The translations under genes were made by a program, and so were the position numbers. Positions 35,082 to 50,173 of a stretch of DNA of 64,000 bases are shown here, piece by piece (within the stretch, counting starts at the first letter, position 1; each line of letters opens with the position of its first letter). The notes under the pieces are model-generated. The model did no database searches, was not told the DNA's origin, and was given only the letters and a program-made list of their open reading frames with translations. This stretch comes from Tubiluchus corallicola (lineage: Eukaryota > Animalia > Priapulida): contig JAQGDQ010000084.1 of NCBI GenBank assembly GCA_030141605.1, forward strand, positions 625,681 to 689,680, read 5' to 3'.

Positions 35082-38000
35082 ATTAGTTTAGTATCGGAAA
35101 ATACGGACAATCCGCAACTTCTGACCCACGTCTTCCCGCTTTTGTCCGGCAGAGCGAGATATGAGTGTCCATCATACATATAATGGTACTAGAATCTGCT
35201 GCTTCACCACTGGCTGTACTAATAGCATTATTATAAATTATTGAAATTATTATGCTATATACACATGATATCGGCAAATTATACATTACGTGCACCAGAT
35301 ACTAGTCCTGCTCAAAAAGCAGCTAAATATTTACTGTGTGTGTGATACAGGAAAAATCGTTTTGCAGTTGCTATGTAATTTGTCCTGAGTGCTATTTCAC
35401 GTTAATTATAAAAAATTAAAAGGCAGCTCATGTACTGTGGAACTGCAGCACCTCCTAATTTCAGTCGATATATCGATAATATTCAATACAAGTCTTTTTA
35501 CTTCAGTTCTTTCTTTATACTTCTATAGAACCAGAGCATGTGAGGGTAGTACTGTTTGCTTCACAGTCCAACACAGTGGTGTATTTGGCTGTTGTGCGCA
35601 TGCAGCTGTGTGCACATGTCTGAGATAACATGATGTACGCTGCACTGCGAGCATCTGCTGATAGGTAGAGAAAGTACTGTTGCTCACACAGTTTGTTGTC
35701 AGTTATTAGGTGGTTACTATGGATGGATCAGGCTTGAACTGTGACAATTTAGGCTATTAGTAAGCAAAAAAATTTTTGTTTAGGACTTATCAAGTTTATG
35801 TATCGACTTTCGTATGTTTGTTTGTTTAAAATTACAATTGCGAGTTACAAAATTAAAATTACACATTTGTTTTATTTTATACAGTATTAAAACAATAGTT
35901 AAAAATTTTCTGAAGTAGCACGCCCACTAATTTTAGTCACCATTGTTGGTGACACACTGTAACTGAAATGCTATGTCATACTGCCTAATTTATGATTTTC
36001 CCTGATCTAAGAATGCAAAGAATTTTCAAAGTAAGGCACTCTTCGAAAATGTCGTTGCAGTAATGTTTTCAATGTAAAGTGAAATGATTGCAGTAATGCT
36101 TTTAATGTAAAGTGAAATTGTTACAGTAATGCTTTCTAAACTCATACATTTACATGTAGCATAATTTGAATTAGATTTGTATAGATAAGTTGATGGATTA
36201 TTGTTGAATGTAAAGAAAATATTAATATCTGCAATCTTATTGTCTGTGTTAAAATATCACATATCACCTGTGTAATGATAATGTTGTGATATAAAACGTC
36301 TATTTGTTTAAAAAACATGTCAGTTAGGCCTATACGTGTTGTCCTGCATTGAAATCGTGGTATGCAAACTATAGCAAAGTTTGATGTTTTATCAAATAAA
36401 CGTTTTACCATGATACTTAGGTGTTCATGATTGCTTGTTTCAGAGGTGTATTAACCAATACCTAATTAAGCTATGGCTTAGGAGGCTATTCACATTTTGA
36501 GGGCTCGTCACATTTTAGGAAAAACGTATTCTTCTCACAAAATGTGTATACTTTCATATTCATGTAAAGGGCGTATTTTATAACACACCACAGGCAGTTA
36601 TTGAGTGCAGCTTTTATATAAGTACCACATAACGAACAGGTGCAAAGTATTACATAACAAGCAGTTACACAGTCTGCTTGAATATAAGTGCTATGCAAAT
36701 ACATATAATTAATAATGACAACGTAGAAAGTAGGTTTATAATGTTTCTAATATACCACAAGTAATTGTTTAGCAAGCTCATTACATAAACAACCATAAAT
36801 TCACAATAGAGGTGGGCAGGGCAGAACTATCAAACTAGAGCATCGTAAAGTCTTGACACACTCCTGCTTATAAAATTCATAGTCATTCGAGTCTCTATTA
36901 ATAGCACTGAGATACACGTTTAGAAAGATGGCAGCACACACAGATTATAGGGGTGGATAGACTTTACCACTAGCGAAATCCCTACAGAAAGCGAATATGA
37001 GACTCAAACTCGAATTAAACCAAATTTCCAGATTTTGAATATGCCGCTATGAAAAATACAAAAATAAACCTTTTAAATACTTAATAATAAAAAATGCTTT
37101 ACGTCATTGTAAATGTCTACACGGCAACTTAAGTCATCTTGTTGTAACTTAACTGTATACGGTTAGTTGACAAATCATAGACGTATCTTTAACTAATTGA
37201 AAATCATTTTTAACTGGCTTCGAAAAATAATGCTCTAAAACACAGAGATCGTGTAGGTAACAACAGAACCGAACATTGCTACCTCATTTGATTCACTAGA
37301 TTCCTTTTTATTTTTGTGTTGTTTGTGACATGCCCCCTCCCGTTTTCAGTGCTGCCAGAAATATATATATTTCTCAAATTCAACGAATTTTATAAAATTC
37401 GAAAGTTTATCATAATAATTTTTTATCGTCCACAAGTCGGCAATTAAGCTTTTCTAGTTATTCACATATCCTGAATCTCCATTTCACGAGGATCATTTTG
37501 ATACCAAGCTCATCGCTCTACAGTATTTATAAGCTGAGATAATCCACGTTGAAGTTGAGGTGCAGGCTGCACTGAAAAACATAACCTTGAGAAAATCATT
37601 GTTAAAGTCAGCCATTGTTTTTGTCGCGTTTCTACTTAGCGACCGTACGAAAGTGTGGTTGCTACGGACTTTGCAAGAGCATACTGAAGTTATGTTTAAG
37701 TCCAGTAGATGGCTCTTCAGGACGAAGATCTGGGCTTGACAACAGGAAAAACCGAAACAAAATGACTGCTTCCAGGAGCTACTATCGGAGTTTGAAAATA
37801 TAAAAGTTTCTCAATTGCAGTACTAGTTTGCAGCTAGCAAAGTGAGTACCAGTTTATAAAATTGGATTTTTAGTATTTTTTAAACATTTTCCTGATAATT
37901 TGAAGCTAGGATATTAAAGTCCAATATATTTTACCGTTTGTTTTTATAAAAAGCAAAAAATTGACATTTCACCAAATTTTTTGTGCATTTCACTTTGAAG

Positions 38001-38760
38001 CATCATATTCATAACGTAGTTTTAAGCATACCGACTAATGGACGATTTTGGTTTGCAAGCATTATTTTTGCAGTTTTTATGCTGTATTAGCTTAATGAAA
38101 AAACCTATTGTGCCTTTGTATCACTTTAGTGTGTGTTACAGTTCGTAATTAATTGATTCGGCCTTGAAAGTTATTTTCTTGTCTACTAGCAATATTATTG
38201 AACAATAAACGTTTACAATCTCTGAAGCCATAGTGGTGCACATTGGCTTCTTGTTGATCTGCTACCTAACAGGAAATTGTGCACCTAATGACGTTACCTG
38301 GAGCACTTAACATGATTTGCCTGTCAATTCTAAGTGGTTTGTCAGGTGTTAAACATTCTTTGGTATCATTGTGATCCAAAAAATTCAAGAATGGAGTCAG
38401 TTGCCAGGAATAACTCGTGATGAATGTATGGTATTCCTTAAATCTCTAGAATTTCTATACACCGGTATTGACGTCGAGTAGAATCAGCTGCACTAAATTT
38501 GCTACCAGGACGTAGTTGTGACAGTTTTTATAATTTATTTGGTTTAACAGACACCAATTTTCCCAATACCACTGTACATATAGGTGGCTTCTAGTTCTAG
38601 TAAATTTAAATTATTCTGTTTAAGAGTATGTGTTAACTATATATTCGCAATAATTATTAAATATCTAACTGTGTATGTTAGTATACATATTATTTGTAAC
38701 TACAATACAAACAATGAGACTAAGTTGTTATTGTGTACAATAGCGTAAAATAAAGATTTT

Positions 38761-39208
<448 letters not shown>

Positions 39209-41289
39209 AGTGATTTATTGGGATCGAATTTCCTCATTTCAATTATTTCACCAAAAACAGTTAATTATTTCTGCATAAATGAAACTTTCAATATAAAATT
39301 ATAGCGTGTTTATAAACTTGTCTTGCACAAGCTCAGATGCTCTGTAGAAAATAGCTTAATTATACTGTGTAATTGTATAGGCTAATTTAAAGGACCAATC
39401 ACAATTCTTAATTATAAAACTTTAACTACAACAGATTTTTTAAAAGAAAATGACTCATTATAATGATAACAATATAATGCTGTTTCATTTATATTCATAA
39501 CATATATTGATATGTTTATTATATATGATTTTATATATACACAGTCATTGTACTACATTGTTTAATATTTAATAGCGTAACAATTTCTAAAAGAAAATAA
39601 ATCATTATAATGATAACAATATAACACTGTTTCATTTATATTCATAATATATATTTATATGTTTATTATATATAATTTTATATATACACACTCACTGTGC
39701 TACATTGTTTAATATTTAATAGCGTAAAAATATACACTTTTACGTGAGCATCTTGCTGAGTGACATCTAATACTTCGGTTTAAAAGCTCCGAAATTTAAG
39801 GTTAGCAAAACCGTTGCAACATATAATTATTAACCCAGAAACAGATAAAACGAAAAAAAACAAAATTGCGACTTCGTGTCATTATAAAAACGAATTAATT
39901 TGAACTTAATTAATGGAAAGCAAAAGTTAGTTGTTTAATGCTCATCTGATATGATGTCACTCAGACAAGAAGGCTGGCAAATTACGATTTCTTTCCTAAT
40001 ACCTTATTGGTTTACTAATCAGTAAAATGCCCTGTACAATATAGAATCAAATAGTAAATAAAACAAACAAGCTATGCAGATCTTAAAACGAGGCCTGCCA
40101 CAAAACATTGATAAATTTCTTTCAAAATGACACAATATTATGTGAAATTTAATTTTATAAAAAAGATCTGCAACATCTTCGCGTTCCGTTGAAAATAAAC
40201 GCGATAAAGAACCATTATTAAGCAAAGCAAAACATGAAAGATTTTAATATAATGAATCTTGAAATTATACTGGAAAGCGCATTTCTAAGAATTTTTTGAA
40301 TTTTGCACAATAATATAAACGTCTTACATAAACAAAACTATGTGAATTTTCTCACAGTATTACAGCAGTAACGGTTTTAAGCTGTATAAACACGGCAGCA
40401 TATTTTACTAACAAAGAAGTACGTAAAAATGTTTGTAAGAAAAGACAAAGACAGATTAATTTTTTGAGCCTATTTGTCAGAAAAAAATTATAATAAATAA
40501 GAAAGATGATTAGTTATATTAGTGGTAATTAAATGTATAGACGGTAACGTTAATTTATTATAATAGTCGATATTACAGATAAATCCTACTTACATCAGCA
40601 GTACAAGAAATTAATCACAATGGCATTATTTGGTTTAGAAAGCATCGCCTGATGTCATTACTTTTGCTCGGCTCATTATAAAACATCGTGTTTTATATCA
40701 TTGTATGACAAGATATCATTATATGACATCGTGTCATCATTAAATTATAATGACAAAGAGCTGTGCTTAGAAAGGATGATAGATGAACTAATGCAAAGAT
40801 AGACGTGTAGAGACAAATAAACCCAGGTTTGATATTTCACGAAATTTATGTAAAGAAACTTCTATGTAGTTGAAAAGCACGGAAGTTTTTGGACAAGGAC
40901 GCGTTTATCAGCCCACAATCTTCGTGTGTGGAGAGACTGGAACGTAGGAACCATGTAAATCGACCAGATAGACTTTGCTAGTGTGGAGAAAGCATATAAA
41001 CATAGGAACTTGCTCTTTGCGATTGTACAAAATTAGTGAGCATCTTAGAGCATAACTAGAATAATAGAAATCTTGGGAATAGTAACTTAAATAGAGATAC
41101 TACTACTAATTAAAGTAACATTGCAGTAGAAACTTTGATTTTGCCACTGGTTAAATACATTAATTATTATTATTATTATTAATAAACATCAAGATACTAA
41201 TTAGTTAATGCGGGTCATGCTACGATGTTTTGCTTTGCTGTTACATAGGCTTCATTTTAAGATCTGACATAGCTCGTAGACAATAACCA

Positions 41290-41506
41290 TAAGCTACGTT
41301 CACACTTACGTGGTAACAGAAATGGCAACGGCATTCGCCGTATTTTCTCCCGGTGATTAAAGTACGATGTGATGTTGCGTTGTCAGTTACAGAATATGTA
41401 AAAACAATTGAAATGAACACCCCCACGTTTAAGAACAATTAGAAAAGTAGTATCGTTTGATTGCCGTTGCCGTTCATAGTACTAGATAAATGTGAACGTG
41501 AAATTA
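41290..41506. mobile_element. Small Harbinger-like MITE
   Basis: acgttcaca ... tgtgaacgt ends plus inner gcaacggca / tgccgttgc inverted pair. Confidence 0.45.
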
Positions 41507-41926
41507 ACGATGTTATGACAATTATTATATGCAATCGTGTTGATTCGCATTTTACAATTAGCATTACAAACGTTTTCAGAAAAGGTGAATGTGTTTCCTG
41601 CATTACATCTTTCATTAATGACACGTTGCCACCGGGTTTGAGAATGCTAATTTTAAAGGAAAACAGAATGGAAATACAAGGATAGGGTGGTTCGATTTTC
41701 CTATGCGGGAGACTTACTTTGCTTCCTGTTACTAAGTTACTGACTGTATTCGCTTTTGATGAACCTATTAATTTATCTTGGCATATTACCTATCAGAAAT
41801 ATAATACATCACAAATATTAAATTATGGTTTACCTCTGTTACCTTACTGCCCTGCCTCCCGTAAAATTTTCAGTCTTTTAAACTTAATTTAAAGCTATTC
41901 TAATTAGGGATGGAGGGAATCCTTAT

Positions 41927-43098
41927 AAACAAATTGCCTTTCTACGCTGCTCATCTAAACCTCTCTGACAACTTCCGGTTTCTCTCCAATTTCCAAACTT
42001 TCAAAACACACAGAAATTCTTACAAACAAGCTGCCCTTCCACGCTGCTCATATAAAACCTGTCTCTGACAACTGAAGTTTGGTTTCTCACCAATCTGTAA
42101 ACTTCAAAGACACGCTTACAAACAAGCTGCCCTTCCACGCTGCTCATATAAAACCTGTCTCTGACAACTGAAGTTTGGTTTCTCACCAATCTGTAAACTT
42201 CAAAGACACGCTTACAAACAAGCTGCCTTTCCACGCTGCTCACCTAAACCTGTCTCTTGCAACTTCCGGTTTCTCTCCAATCTTCAAACTTTCAAGACAC
42301 ACCGAAGTTCTTACAAACAAGCTGCCTTTCCACGCTGCTCACCTAAACCTGTCTCTGGCAACTTTCGGTTTCTCTCCAATCTTCAAACTTTCAAGACACA
42401 CAGAAGTTCTTACAAACAAACTGCCCTTCCACGTTGCTCAACTATACCTGTCTCTGACAACTTCCGGTTTCTCTCCAATCTTCAAACCTTCAAGACACAC
42501 AGAAGTTCTTACAAACAAACTGCCCTTCCACGTTACTCAACTATACCTGTCTCTGACAACTTCTGGTTTCTCTCCAATCTTCAAACTTCCAAGACACACA
42601 GAAGTTCTTACAAACAAACTGCCCTTCCACGTTGCTCAACTCTACCTGTCTCTGACAACTTCCGGTTTCTCTCCAATCTTCAAAACTTCCAAGACACACA
42701 GAAGTTCTTACAAACAAGCTGTTCTTCTATGCTGCTCAACTATTCCTCTCTCTGACAACTTTAGGTTTCTCTCCAATCTTCAAACTTTCAAGACACACAG
42801 AAGTTCTTACAAACAAGCTGCCCTTCCACGCTGCTCACCTAAACCTGTCTCTGACAACTTCCGGTTTCTCTCCAATCTTCAAACTTTCAAGACACACAGA
42901 AGTTCTTACAAACAAGCTGTTCTTCCACGCTGCTCAACTATACCTGTCTCTGACAACTTCCGGTTTCTCTCCAATCTTCAAACTTTCAAGACACACAGAA
43001 GTTCTTACAAACAAGCTGTTCTTCCACGCTGTTCAACTATTCCTCTCTCTGACAACATCCGGTTTCTCTCTAATGTTCAAACTTTCAAGACACACAGA
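41927..43098. repeat. Tandem array, 96-99 bp unit, about 12 copies
   Basis: Unit acaaacaagctgcccttccacgctgctc...acttccggtttctctccaatcttcaaactttcaagacacacagaagttctt. Confidence 0.95.
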
Positions 43099-43120
43099 AC
43101 ACAAACGAAGTACTACAATG

Positions 43121-43500
43121 GGTCAGTGATGCACAGCCATTTGCACAGCGAGCATTTTAGCGCAAAGGTCAACAATGTACAGCCATTTGCATAAGGAGCA
43201 TTTTAGCACAAAGGTCAGTGATGTTCAGCCATTTGCATAAGGAGCATTTTAGCAGAAAGGTCAGTGATATTCAGCCATTTGGATAAGGAGCATTTTAGTA
43301 CAAAGGTCAACAATGTACAGCCATGTGCATAAGGAGCATTTTAGCACAAAGGTCAGCGATGTACAGCCATTTGCACAAGGAGCATTTTAGCACAAAGGTC
43401 AACAATGTACAGCCACTTTGTACAACGAGCATTTTAATACAAAAGTCAACGATGTACAGCCACTTTGTACAACAAACATATTAACACGAAGGTCAACAAT
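43121..43500. repeat. Tandem array, 46 bp unit, about 8 copies
   Basis: ggtcagtgatgtacagccatttgcataaggagcattttagcacaaa-type units. Confidence 0.93.
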
Positions 43501-46475
43501 ATCTGCATCTTAATTAAATGTTGCAAAAAATGGTGTCTTCTGCCGTCCCTTTACTAAGAACATAATTCATCGCTGACTTACAAACACATTCAAACCAGGC
43601 CTACATATATACATTTCCCCATGACGAATTCGAAGCCATTAAAACAACAAACACTTAGCATACAGATAAATACGGATTAGTAAACAGATTAAAAAATATC
43701 GTAAGCTAACATTGAATACAAATCAGCGAAAATGAATAGGCGTTGCATATACCCACAGTAAACTATTACAGATAAAGCTAAACTCGTAATACTCATATAC
43801 AAAAACCACTAGAAATCAGCCAAAAACTACTACTTTACGACCATATTAAAGTTTTAATTTTTTTAAGAAAACATTTAAACATTAGTCATTTTACGAGCAT
43901 GAATTGGTAAATCGTTCTTTAATTTTGGTGTTGCTACGCTAAAACTATAAGAACCACATGTGACGATATAAAAACGCGACACAACAAGAATCGACGAACA
44001 ACTGATCTACATTACGATTCACCAATTGGTAAAATGTCACTGACTCACCCTCCAGGGTGCACCACTCTCTAACCAAAATACGTATTTTTAATCTTATTGA
44101 CAAGATACACTAATTTAAAAGTTTACTTAGTTAGTGACGTGTGCGCTACGAATGCTTTGATTATTTTTTCAAACTTTACTCAGTGTTATCTAAACTTGTT
44201 TCAAATGACCTGTCGTCAAAATAGCTGCGTCTAACGGTCATCCTGGGAGTTTAAATTTACAAGTTTTAAACAGCTTTACTGCCGACGCAAGCCTTGTATG
44301 CAAAAAGGCTTTGTGCAAGTAATATAAAATGTCAAGACGAATTTTTTTAACCTTTATGGAAGTTGTGGATTTTGTTGTGCTTTAAGAAGTATATTAGCAT
44401 CTTGTTCTGCAAAACGTTTTAACGTCTGAAGTCCTGACAGGATATAAGACGACGAATGACTCAACATGAGCAAAGTGGTTTGGCAGATTAAACAACAGGG
44501 ACCTCGATACGCTAATGGATCTCACAGTCGTTCCATTTATTCACTTCCAAGCGGACATGAATCATTTGAGGATGTCTTAGGGAATTCCATTATTTTATAT
44601 AGCTCTGCTAATTTGTATTGCTCTGGAAATATGTAGGGTCGCACGACAGATGCGTGAAACGTTATGGCTCGTTCACAAGCGAGGAGTCTTCTGACACCGG
44701 TATAGGCCTAAGTTGCTGCAGTAGTGCTGTGACTCCGAAATTTTCTGTTCACCATGGAATTTAGGCTTCGTTCGCACGAGACGCAAGAGTCTTCTGACAC
44801 TGTCTCGAAAGTGTTTAGATAAGACTTAAAGGAAGCCAGTTGTTATGAAATGTTGTTGGTTAGTAACATCTCCCTGAGACGGTGACCAAGACACACTGTA
44901 AGCGGAGGAGCGTTGACCAGCATGTAATGGCTGCTGTCTCAACGAAATGACAGTTTACAAGTCGTGCTTGCTTTCTGACTAGACGAAACCACGAAATTCT
45001 TTTTCTCTGTTTGTTTCTGTTTGCAGCGAATCTACGACGACCAAGTGATGCGACAAAAGCTCTAAAAACGTAGCCAAATCTGGCTTAGCAAAACTGTTCA
45101 TGTCGTCGAAATTTAAACTTATAGCACGGCATCTCAGACTTGGCAACTCACGCGCATTAGGCGTGTGTCACACGCATTTTAAATCTTTCACACGTGCACA
45201 CGCACCCAATTTTAACTCCCACGCATTCTGCAACGTCACACGAAACTTTGCAAACGATCTGGCTTCTTTTGTCAACAGCACCAATCACGGCACACTTAGT
45301 AGTACTTCCAATAATCTCAATAATACAGTCATATTTGTGCGTCTTGCGGCGTATGAAACTGTATTCAAATCGAAATCAATTTTAAATGGTAATTAGATTT
45401 TTCTATGACTACAGAAGAACTTAACAGCCACAGTACCAACATAAGAAACCTCAGCTGAAACTAAAAATGCCTTATTTACCGCTTTGATCTCTTGATTTTC
45501 ACACTTTAAGTGCAAACATTTCTGAGGCATTGCCCCGTGGATCCCACTGCATTAAATGATTGGCAAGTCTGATATCTTGTCTATATAAGCGCCGCTCCAA
45601 AGGCATTAATATCAGTATTAATTCTACTCCACACAGATGTCATTCATTTCTAATCTACATTAAACCACGTAACGCCAACATGTCTTCTCACAAACATCCC
45701 CACCATGTAAATCATATTGTTACGGGGGCGATATGCTATTTATTTTCGACCCCCCCCCATTACATTGTGATGGTCTCGTCCGTACGAAGCCATTTCATAA
45801 TGGCGTTCAATACCAGGTATAAAACTGTCGCTATGAAATGACCTCATTGATTCAGCAGATAAACAGACAGGTGTTCTTACCATCACACAGTACAAAGGAC
45901 AAGTGTACTGACGAGTTTACTTTAACAAATCTCTGTCTGACTTTACAAAGTTTGCATCATACTGGCAGTGAACCCGCTCTACTTGACCTCCGAAATACGA
46001 GGGAACGAACCGACTAGGGGAGAGCCACTAATCAGACCTACTGGCGGCGAACACCCAGCAATGTTACAATGTTTATCCTGGCGTACAGTCAGTCAGTCAT
46101 TCAAGCATTTCCTGACAGTCAGTCAAGCATTTCCTCTCTGCCGTATGTTCATTGGTTTCGAATTAAATAAAATTCTAACGACGTCACCCGTACAGTAGCA
46201 CGATTATACGTTCACACGAACAATTCACTTTCAGAAAATTGTGCACATTTAGTCCCATGCTTCAACGTAAATCAACAGCCTTTCACAAGCGACCTTGTAC
46301 AGTACCTCCCAAAATGCCGCCAGGTGTTACTCTTTCGCAAAAACAACAGCCGCTTTCAGCCCCATTTATAATGGCGATCTCGATTCACTCAAACTTTCAC
46401 GCATACACATACATGCACGCACGCATGCGCACATGCACACGTCATCATAGAAAAAGAAATATTGTTCTCATTCTG

Positions 46476-47008
46476 AAGTATAAGCAAATCTATACTTATT
46501 CCTAGCTACGAAGTTCCATTTTAATTCAGGCTCAAATATGATGCCATTTTGGGAAGAAAGGAGGGCTTCGTTGAGTACAGGCAAATCTATACTTATCCCA
46601 AGCCACGAAGTTGTTCCATATTAATTCAGGCTCAAATCTGTTGCCATTTTGGGAGGAAAGGGGGTTTCGTTGAGTACAGGCAAATCTATACTTATCCCAA
46701 GCCACGAAGTTCCATGTTCCATATTAATTCAGGCTCAAGTCTGTTGCCATTTTGAGAAGAAATGAGAGCTTCGTTGAGAACAGGCAAATCTATGCTTATC
46801 CCAAGCCACGAAGTTGTTCCATATTAATTCAGGCTCAAATCTGTTGCCATTTTGGGAGGAAAGGGGGTTTCGTTGAGTACAGGCAAATCTATACTTATCC
46901 CAAGACACGAAGTTCCATATTAATTCAGGTTCAAATCTGATGCCATTTTGGGAAGAAAGGAGGTCTTCGTTGAGTACAGGTAAATCTATACTTATCCCAA
47001 AATACGAA
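46476..47008. repeat. Tandem array, ~97-104 bp unit, about 5 copies
   Basis: gcaaatctatacttatcccaagccacgaag...gccattttgggaggaaag...cgttgagtacag repeated. Confidence 0.93.
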
Positions 47009-47189
47009 GGTTGACCGTGCATGACTCGAGATATATTTGGCATGAGGTAGGACATGACCTTGCCAGAATTTCAAGTACATTTTCGTTTTACGTTACAATC
47101 ACATTCACACGTTACAGCAAAGGTGGATCTTTTCATGATTAGGAGACTAAGAATTCGGAAGTGCAAAAGTATTTACTCAAGATTTATGT

Positions 47190-47640
47190 AGCGTAAGAGC
47201 CTCTTTAGTCATTGACTATGAGTTCCTCTTTGTAATTTACTGTGTTACTGATACATTTCCGCTATAGTGGCTGTAGAGGCCAATGCGAGCAGAGCAAGAT
47301 CTTCCACAGTTAGTGCACTGGAATGCTGAAGTGCTTTCCGTAATTGTGGGATTCTTCCTTCATTGATGCCTCTATTCCCACTTTGTCCGGAGACCGTTTT
47401 CTTTTTGCTTAACCCCATCAAACAGTAACTTTCTCCGAGTTTCTCTGTCCAAGGCCGCAGTTTCCCAGTTTTGGCATCTAAGCTTGAAAAGCTGCAAATC
47501 TTTCTTTAGAACATCCTTAAATCTCAAATCTCAAATCTGTCTTCTTTCAGCACTCCATAAAACTAATCCTTTGGTATCTACCGTCAAGAATCCTAACCAT
47601 AATGTTCCGCACATCTCGGTCGGCGATGTTTTAGCATGGA
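47190..47640 (-). mobile_element. 5'-truncated RTE-clade non-LTR retrotransposon (3' end of ORF, decayed)
   Basis: Minus-strand translation IPKD..YG.LKE..RFKDVLKKDLQLFKLRCQNWETAALDRETRRK..FQCTNCGRSCSARIGLYSH, the typical RTE C-terminus with zinc finger; internal stops. Confidence 0.85.
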
Positions 47641-48771
47641 CTGTAGTTAGTGTAGTGTCAAACGCTTGTGAGTTGGTGACACGACCCTTCGATGATATCC
47701 CTACATTCTGCGAAGACAGCTTTAATTGCAGCCAGCAAAAAGAGGCAGGCTTCTACAATATGTAATTTTTGAATATAGAAATTCTAAATTTTGAAATTTT
47801 AAGAAAGAGTTATTTGCCCAGAAAATACTTAGCTTTTGCACTGAAAATGTTCAATTCATTTGCCCTGACCCCTCGCTTCCCACGCCCATCAACGTGGCGC
47901 AGGAACTGGAGATTTCGAAGCGCACTCAAAATCAATGCAAAGCAATTGCGTCTCTATGGCTATTCCTTTCGAGGAAGGTGATATAGTGTCAACCAATGGT
48001 AAAGCCAAACTTATAGACCACACATTTCAATCACACAATTATATCGTATTGCATCATTCCATTGTTCCTTAAATGTCATTCTTGCTGGATCATTCAAACT
48101 CCACATCGAGCAATTAGTCAAGAAGACACCGCAACACTCATCCAGTCATTTACTAACTAGTCACTGCGCTGCACAACTTTCATAGTCAAGCGTACAGCAT
48201 GATCACTCAGTCGGCTTCTCATTACCATTTTCAATGTTTGGCATTATCACAGCAACAGCGAATGGCAGTTGTGGTGGCAGTGGCTGCTGGAGTAGCAACG
48301 GCAGTAGCAGCAATGACAAACAATCAGCTAAAATTACAAGAGAGGAAATCTTATACTGCGCTACAGTTGAGCAATGAGCAAAATGTATAAAACGTTAGTT
48401 GGTTTTCTCTTACCAACAACAGCGTTATACGCAACTTAAACCTTGCCAACTTATTCATTCTGTAATATCGTTATTAAACACGAGATCTCCAATCTCCAAG
48501 CGAGTACTTTATAAGTTTGCATAACGGATAACAAAGCAAAATGAAAAGATGTATTGTACTTGATACACAAAAAGGATAAGAGCGATTTGAAGAGAATTTC
48601 GGAATGAAACTCGACATTAAGATCCTCTACCAGACATCAGATATTTCTTCAGTTAGACCCCCAATACACGACGGAGGAACAAACGGAACAGTAACAGATC
48701 AAGCATTCAATATGGTAAACGCTTTTCGTAGTCTGCTTGCCTGTTTGCATGTGTATCTTATGGACAAACGC

Positions 48772-49030
48772 CACGTGTAAAGAGCAGTTTCCTGTGAAAG
48801 CTCTGCAGGCGTGAGATTATAATACTTAAGAGTTTGGAATCACTGATCCTGCCACCGGAAGTTTGCTATAAGGTGTTACTCTAGCCAATCAGATGTGTAT
48901 TGAGATGCATCTTTTATTACTGCGCCTAAAGGCCAATCATCAGCAACTTAGAAGTAGTCCCGTCTCCGTGGTGACACGGCAGCAGACGACATTACAAAAG
49001 GTGACAGGTCAGCAGAGGCTCGTTGCTAGG
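48772..49030. promoter_or_regulatory. Putative promoter motif cluster
   Basis: CACGTG 48772, CCGGAAGT 48855, CCAAT 48885 and 48933, RFX-like GTCTCCGTGGTGAC 48962 and GTTGCTAGG 49022; splice donors on both sides (48413 minus, 49121 plus). Confidence 0.5.
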
Positions 49031-49452
49031 TTTTACTAAGACTAGGTGTTCGACACAAGTTAACTAAGTTTCGCCTTAGAATTGTGGGTTATAAGGATCA
49101 GCATTATCAGCTGGAAGGCAGTAAGTTTGTAGACTGAAGTGCTTTGCTATAGACTCAGCACCAGGCGTTTAGACGTTTAGGCGTCTTACCCTCTTAGACT
49201 TATTGTGGATGTTCATCAGTGCACTTAATGTTCAATATACTATACGATCACATATGCTAAACAAGACTTTATGTTGCATACTTCATCACGTGACGATAAT
49301 TATAGTGCTTATTCAAAGAGAAGTTTACAATTGATAATGAACTAGTCCACTCAAAGAACATGTTCATTATTACCAGACACACATACATTATTGCTTATGT
49401 TCCGTCACTAACATCAGCAAGCTTGCAGACATTGGAGAAAAATTTAAAAAGA

Positions 49453-49856
49453 TAATTAGAAATAGTACATAGTGACTTTAGGCATAGTACATAGACACAA
49501 GAACGAAGATAATAATTAGAAATAGTACATAGTGACTTTAGGCATAGTACATAGACACAAGAACGAAGATAATAATTAGAAATAGTACATAGTGACTTTG
49601 GGCATAGTACATAGACACAAGAACGAAGATAATTAGAAATAGTACATAGTGACTTTAGGCATAGTACATATACACAAGAACGAAGATAATTAGAAATAGT
49701 ACATAGTGACTTTAGGCATAGTACGTAGACACAAGAACGAAGGTAATAATTAGAAATAGTATATAGTGACTTTAGGCATAGTACGTAGACACAAGAACGA
49801 AGGTAATTAGAAATAGTACATAGTGACTTTAGGCGTAGTACATAGACACAAGAACG
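49453..49856. repeat. Tandem array, 57-60 bp unit, about 7 copies
   Basis: taattagaaatagtacatagtgactttaggcatagtacatagacacaagaacgaagataa repeated. Confidence 0.95.
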
Positions 49857-50173
49857 TCTTATACAGATGGAAAATTACGCTTGTACAATGAAACTTTAAG
49901 TGAATGGAAAACAATTAGGGTTTTACCATAAAACGAATACAGAAATAACGAAGCACAAACAGATGGTTTGCTTTATGCAGGTCTTACAACAAAAATGATT
50001 TAAACAGCAAAAAACAGACGAGCTAAGGTAACTATTTACATCAAGGTAACATAAACGAACTGTTATTCAAAGTGACTGAAAAAGCAACACAATTTTCAAC
50101 ATTCCTCATACAACAATTTCATTCAGCGCTAAATATCACATAAGCTGCAGCTTTAAAATTTATCGTTCTGTAC

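Noticed and set aside
42175-43194. 339-aa repeat protein ORF
   Set aside because: The open frame follows from a 99-bp unit without stops; it has a non-ATG start and the peptide repeat switches frame midway after a 1-nt insertion.
45027-45396. Plus-strand exon/ORF after a strong acceptor at 45026
   Set aside because: All three frames stop within about 16 codons of the acceptor, and the 98-aa ORF downstream has no recognisable features; not supportable as coding.
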